A stretch of 32,000 nt of DNA from contig JAJRVL010000001.1 in the NCBI GenBank assembly GCA_024277355.1, forward strand, positions 60,001-92,000. Reading direction: 5' to 3'. The DNA is from an archaeon. GTDB taxonomy: Archaea > Iainarchaeota > Iainarchaeia > Iainarchaeales > 1-14-0-10-31-34. A program made the position numbers and the translations under genes. Under the pieces are notes generated by a model. The model did no database searches and was not told the DNA's origin. It was given only the letters and a program-made list of their open reading frames with translations. Shown one piece after another: positions 28,112-32,000 of this stretch; the stretch's first letter is position 1; each line of letters starts with the position of its first letter.

Positions 28112-28210
28112 TTATCTTCCAAAATCTCTTTTAGAATAAGCAATTCCTTTATATAATTCTCCAGGAGAAACAGATTTCATTTCAGGTTTTTGCTGAATTT
28201 TTTTTCTCAT
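28112..28210 (-). CDS. 32-aa ORF possibly translationally coupled to the ATPase gene; absent from the supplied ORF track
   Basis: ATGA overlap with the ATPase stop: MRKKIQQKPEMKSVSPGELYKGIAYSKRDFGR*. Confidence 0.35.
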   Translation of the reverse strand: MRKKIQQKPEMKSVSPGELYKGIAYSKRDFGR

Positions 28211-30489
28211 TTTTTCTTCCTTCTGGAATAAAGTCTTTTAACAAATTCATTTTTGTACCAGAATTTCCATTTACCTAAAACTTCATCAAAATCAACTGAA
28301 CCATTTTCTTCTAATTGATCCTGCTTTAATAACATTAATTTGTTTGAAGCAGGAACAGTGTTTTCGGCTTCAAGTAATTCAGGAAACTCTAATTTGTTTT
28401 TTAATTCAACCATAAAAGATTTTGAATTAGCATTAGATTTAATTGAATCCCACATTGCAGTCATTGATAAACCTGAAGTTTTATGAATTTTATCAAACAA
28501 ACTTGATTCCTTTAAATTATCTTCCTGTAATTCCAGTTTGTCTTTTGATGCATCAAATAACATTAAATCTAATAAACCGCCTTCATGCAATGGATCTTTA
28601 ATCCATTCTTTTTTTACTTCAGTTATTTGGACAACTCTTCTATGCCTTTCTAAAGAACCGCCAAATCTAATTGGCCTTGCAACAACAACTATATCTGTTG
28701 CTTTAAAAGAAGTTGAAGGAACATTTAAGTCATTTACAACTCTGTCCCAAACACTGTAAGCTGAATCTCCATGAATTGTGCCTAACACAATATTTCCTGC
28801 TGCGCCAACTCTCATTGCTTCATATAAAACTCTTGCTTCAGTGCTTCTAACTTCTCCTAAAACTAAAGCTGAATCCCCTAATCTTAAAGCAGTTCTTAAA
28901 GCATCTTCAGGAGAAACTTCAGTTTCACTTTTAGCTGTTCCAATTGGAGCACGAGTTTTAAGTCTTTGAATATTAAAGCCGATTTCTTTCATATAAGAAA
29001 CAGGAATTTCAAGTGTGTCTTCCTGAACAATAATTCTTGTATTCTGAATTACTTCTAAAAGTAATGCCCCTAATAAAGAAGTTTTACCTGAACCTCTTGA
29101 ACCAGTTACAAGCATTGTTGATTGAGTATCAATAAAAAAAGACAATAATCCAGCTGATAAAGGAGACATAAAATCTTTGTCAATAAACTGAGGCAAAGTC
29201 CAAGGAGTCATTTTATGTAATCTAAAAGCAAAAGCTATTCCATCAGGAGACAAAGGTTTGCCTATTGTTGCAGTTCTTGTTTCTAACTCCTGCAAATCAT
29301 AATCTAATACTGGGTGGGCTTCATCAAAAGGTCTTCCGCTCATTGCCCTTAATTTTGAAACTAATGATTCAGCTTCATCTTCAGTATATAATATGTTAGT
29401 CTGGCATTGACCGTATTCTGAATGAACAACATACAAAGGTTTTTGTCCCATTGGCGCATCTAAATAAACATCAGTTAAATTTCTGTCACTTAACAAAATT
29501 TCAAGTATACCATAACCAACTGTATATCTTGCAACAATTTCACTTAATTCTTTTATTTCTTCTTTAGATAAAGAAATATTATTTTGTTTTGCTATATCAA
29601 AAATAGTGCTTTCATAAACTCTTTCAAAATATTTTCTGCTTTTAGCTATATTTGAAAGAGAAGTTTTTCCTGGCTGATAAGTCGCAACAATTTCTTTTGT
29701 TTTGCTTAAAACAAAATATTTTTCAGGAGGCAGAGTGTATTCAGGAGGATTTAAAAAATATAATTTTTCAACTTTGTTTGGATGCTTAAATATTTGAACA
29801 TTAGATTTTTTCACTGAATATTCATCTAATAATTCTAATGATTCTGCTTTTTCAAACATTAATCTTGAACCAATAAAAGAAGGTTTAACCTGAGCTTCAA
29901 AAAAAGAATAATATAATTGTTTTGTGTCAGGCATTTCTTCTAATTTAACTAAAATTTCTTTTGCTTTAGAAATTAAATCAGTTGACTCAAATTCTTCTTT
30001 TAAATAAAGCAAAGTTTTAACAAATTCTTTTGAACAAGAAGCATATTTTTCATTCTGCATTTTTTCTTTTTCTTTTCTTATTTCTGAAAGCAAAGTAATG
30101 TAAGCTAAAATTGGATCAAAAGCAATTAATTCATGAGAAATTTTAACTAATAAGTCATGCCTTAAACCAAAAAATTTTTCACAGTCGCTTCCTGTTTTGC
30201 CTAAATTGTCCACTCCCCATAAATTTTCTAATTCAAATTTTGGAACCAACTCTGAAATTTCTTTTAATAATTTAGTTTGCTTTTCATTGTAAACTCTTTC
30301 ATAAACTTCAGCCAACACAATCAAATCTGCTTCAACCTGAGACAAAATTGAAATTACATGATAACGGCATGCTTTATCATCAGTTAAAGAAGAAGAATAA
30401 ACACAATTCCTGCAGTCAAAAATTAAATGTCTTTTTCCGCCTGATTCTTTAACTGCATAGTCGCCTACTTCAAAGTTCCCTATCTTCAT
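28207..30489 (-). CDS. Type II/IV secretion (pilus/archaellum-like) ATPase
   Basis: MLVTGSRGSGKTSLLGALLLEVI Walker A, RIIVQEDTLEIP, LRTALRLGDSALVLGEVRSTEARVLYEAMRVGAAGNIVLGTIHGDS; cysteine-containing N-terminal region. Confidence 0.9.
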   Translation of the reverse strand: MKIGNFEVGDYAVKESGGKRHLIFDCRNCVYSSSLTDDKACRYHVISILSQVEADLIVLAEVYERVYNEKQTKLLKEISELVPKFELENLWGVDNLGKTGSDCEKFFGLRHDLLVKISHELIAFDPILAYITLLSEIRKEKEKMQNEKYASCSKEFVKTLLYLKEEFESTDLISKAKEILVKLEEMPDTKQLYYSFFEAQVKPSFIGSRLMFEKAESLELLDEYSVKKSNVQIFKHPNKVEKLYFLNPPEYTLPPEKYFVLSKTKEIVATYQPGKTSLSNIAKSRKYFERVYESTIFDIAKQNNISLSKEEIKELSEIVARYTVGYGILEILLSDRNLTDVYLDAPMGQKPLYVVHSEYGQCQTNILYTEDEAESLVSKLRAMSGRPFDEAHPVLDYDLQELETRTATIGKPLSPDGIAFAFRLHKMTPWTLPQFIDKDFMSPLSAGLLSFFIDTQSTMLVTGSRGSGKTSLLGALLLEVIQNTRIIVQEDTLEIPVSYMKEIGFNIQRLKTRAPIGTAKSETEVSPEDALRTALRLGDSALVLGEVRSTEARVLYEAMRVGAAGNIVLGTIHGDSAYSVWDRVVNDLNVPSTSFKATDIVVVARPIRFGGSLERHRRVVQITEVKKEWIKDPLHEGGLLDLMLFDASKDKLELQEDNLKESSLFDKIHKTSGLSMTAMWDSIKSNANSKSFMVELKNKLEFPELLEAENTVPASNKLMLLKQDQLEENGSVDFDEVLGKWKFWYKNEFVKRLYSRRKKK

Positions 30490-30588
30490 TTAAACCTAAA
30501 AAAATAGGTGAAACTTATATTAAAGTCTTTCTTAAAAGCAGAACAAATAACAAAATTAATAAACAAACAAAAACATAATTAGAATGAA

Positions 30589-31944
30589 ATGACACCAAAA
30601 AGAAAAATATCTAAACCTGTAAAAATAAAAAAATTCTTGTCAGGAGGAACACCAGCACAACAAATAGCAAAACAAACAGGATTTTCAGAAAGCAGATTAA
30701 ACCAAATAAAAACAAAACTAAAAAAACAAGGAGTTCACTTGCCAAAATATTCTTCAACAAAATGGAAAAGCAACAAAGGAAAGATGTTTCAAACAGCAAA
30801 AATAAGAAAAGCACTAATAACCAGTCCAACAAAAAAAACAATCAAAGAATTTTCAACACAACTAAAAACTAGCAAAACTCTAATCTCCGAAGTAATTAAA
30901 CAAATTAAAAAAGAGAATGAAATGTTAATAAAAAAAAGTTTAATTCCATTTGAAATTCAAGTGAAAAAACAAAATAAATTAAAATCAAAAAAAATACAAC
31001 TAATAAAAAAATTTTTGTTAGGGGAAACTCCTGTTTCACAAATAATAAAACAAACAGGGTTATCACAAGCCAGAGTAAGTCAAATAAAAATAGAATTAAA
31101 AAAGCAGGGAATTGAAATTCCTAAATATTCTTCAACACAATGGAAGAATTCAAAAGGAGACATTTACAAAATAAATCAAGTAAGAAAAGCATTAATTACT
31201 AATCCAACAAAACAAACACAAAAACAATACTCAAAACAATTAAAAGTTACTGGCGCCACAATTATTAATGCAATTAAACAAATCAAAAAAGAAAACAGAG
31301 AATTAATAAAAAAAAGAATAAAACCTTTTGAAATTCAAATAAAATCAGGACGCACAAAACCTATTCCTAAATTAACTAAAAAACAACAAGTATTACTAAA
31401 AGAAGCACAATCTTTTATTGATTACACAATAAACAAGTTTTCCTTCAAACACAAATTCAATACAGAAACAAAACAAGATTTTCAAGCAGAAGTTCAAAGA
31501 CAATTACCAAATATAATTAAAAAATTTAATTCAAAAGAATCATCATTAAAAACATGGGTAACACAAAAAATATATAGAATAAACCAAGATTTTAACATAC
31601 AAAGAGAAACACAAAAAACAGGACTATCAAGAATTGAAACAAAAATTGGAAGAAAAATAGAAGCATTTATTGCAGAGCAAACAAATCAAATACAACAACA
31701 AAAACAAAGACCAACAACATACCAAGAAACACAAAAAATACTTAAAAACGCAATCAAAGAAGTAAACAACACAAAACACTATGCAAAACAAATGCAAGCA
31801 AACCCAAAAAAATTCCCTAAAGGAAAACTCACATTAAAACAAGCAAAACAAATAATAAACGCAAGACAAACACAAAACACACAACAAAACATAGAAAATA
31901 TATACAAAAAAACAAACAAAAAAAATACAGCAAACTACAACTGA
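30589..31944 (+). CDS. Putative DNA-binding regulator: two tandem HTH-containing modules plus a sigma-region-2-like segment
   Basis: Repeats ..GGTPAQQIAKQTGFSESRLNQIKTKLKKQGVHLPKYSSTKWK.. and ..GETPVSQIIKQTGLSQARVSQIKIELKKQGIEIPKYSSTQWK..; C-terminal NIIKKFNSKESSLKTWVTQKIYRINQDFNIQRE. Confidence 0.75.
   Translation: MTPKRKISKPVKIKKFLSGGTPAQQIAKQTGFSESRLNQIKTKLKKQGVHLPKYSSTKWKSNKGKMFQTAKIRKALITSPTKKTIKEFSTQLKTSKTLISEVIKQIKKENEMLIKKSLIPFEIQVKKQNKLKSKKIQLIKKFLLGETPVSQIIKQTGLSQARVSQIKIELKKQGIEIPKYSSTQWKNSKGDIYKINQVRKALITNPTKQTQKQYSKQLKVTGATIINAIKQIKKENRELIKKRIKPFEIQIKSGRTKPIPKLTKKQQVLLKEAQSFIDYTINKFSFKHKFNTETKQDFQAEVQRQLPNIIKKFNSKESSLKTWVTQKIYRINQDFNIQRETQKTGLSRIETKIGRKIEAFIAEQTNQIQQQKQRPTTYQETQKILKNAIKEVNNTKHYAKQMQANPKKFPKGKLTLKQAKQIINARQTQNTQQNIENIYKKTNKKNTANYN
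30613..31350 (+). repeat. Two tandem diverged protein-coding modules (~119 and ~122 aa)
   Basis: Module 1 codons 9-127 (30613-30969) and module 2 codons 133-254 (30985-31350) align nearly without gaps, including KKQG(V/I)xxPKYSST(K/Q)WK, KALIT(S/N)PTK and IKQIKKENxxLIKK...PFEIQ. Confidence 0.85.
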
Positions 31945-32000
31945 CAAAAATAACTCTTAAAAAATTGATTTAAATGAACAAAAACGATGCAGTAAAAGGA

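Noticed and set aside
1-32000. CRISPR array or phage-defence island.
   Set aside because: No regularly spaced direct repeats and no cas-, restriction-, toxin- or integrase-like proteins recognised in the translations; the only mobile-type gene is the LAGLIDADG endonuclease.

Overview
AT-rich archaeal (probably DPANN-type) chromosomal window carrying about 30 protein genes. Archaeal markers: a geranylgeranyl-reductase-like flavoprotein, a PAC2 proteasome-assembly chaperone family protein, FlaI/TadA-type ATPases with FlaJ/TadC-type platform proteins, class III-like pilin N-termini, and an intron-like insertion in a tRNA. The most notable content is: (1) a long minus-strand type IV pilus-like locus (~16.2-30.5 kb) with an ATPase, a double-domain platform protein, a series of KGQ-type pilin-like proteins, two small ORFs absent from the supplied track, and a 1508-aa predicted exported/anchored protein with no recognisable domain; (2) a second, differently organised ATPase + two-platform-protein cassette (10.4-13.6 kb) flanked by two related small membrane proteins; (3) a tRNA-Gln(CTG) with ~36 extra nt in the D-loop, located 5 nt downstream of a LAGLIDADG endonuclease ORF; (4) a + strand protein with two tandem ~120-aa HTH-containing modules and a C-terminal segment resembling sigma-70/ECF region 2; (5) a few structured intergenic candidates. 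All family calls come from reading the translations by eye; no database searches were run.
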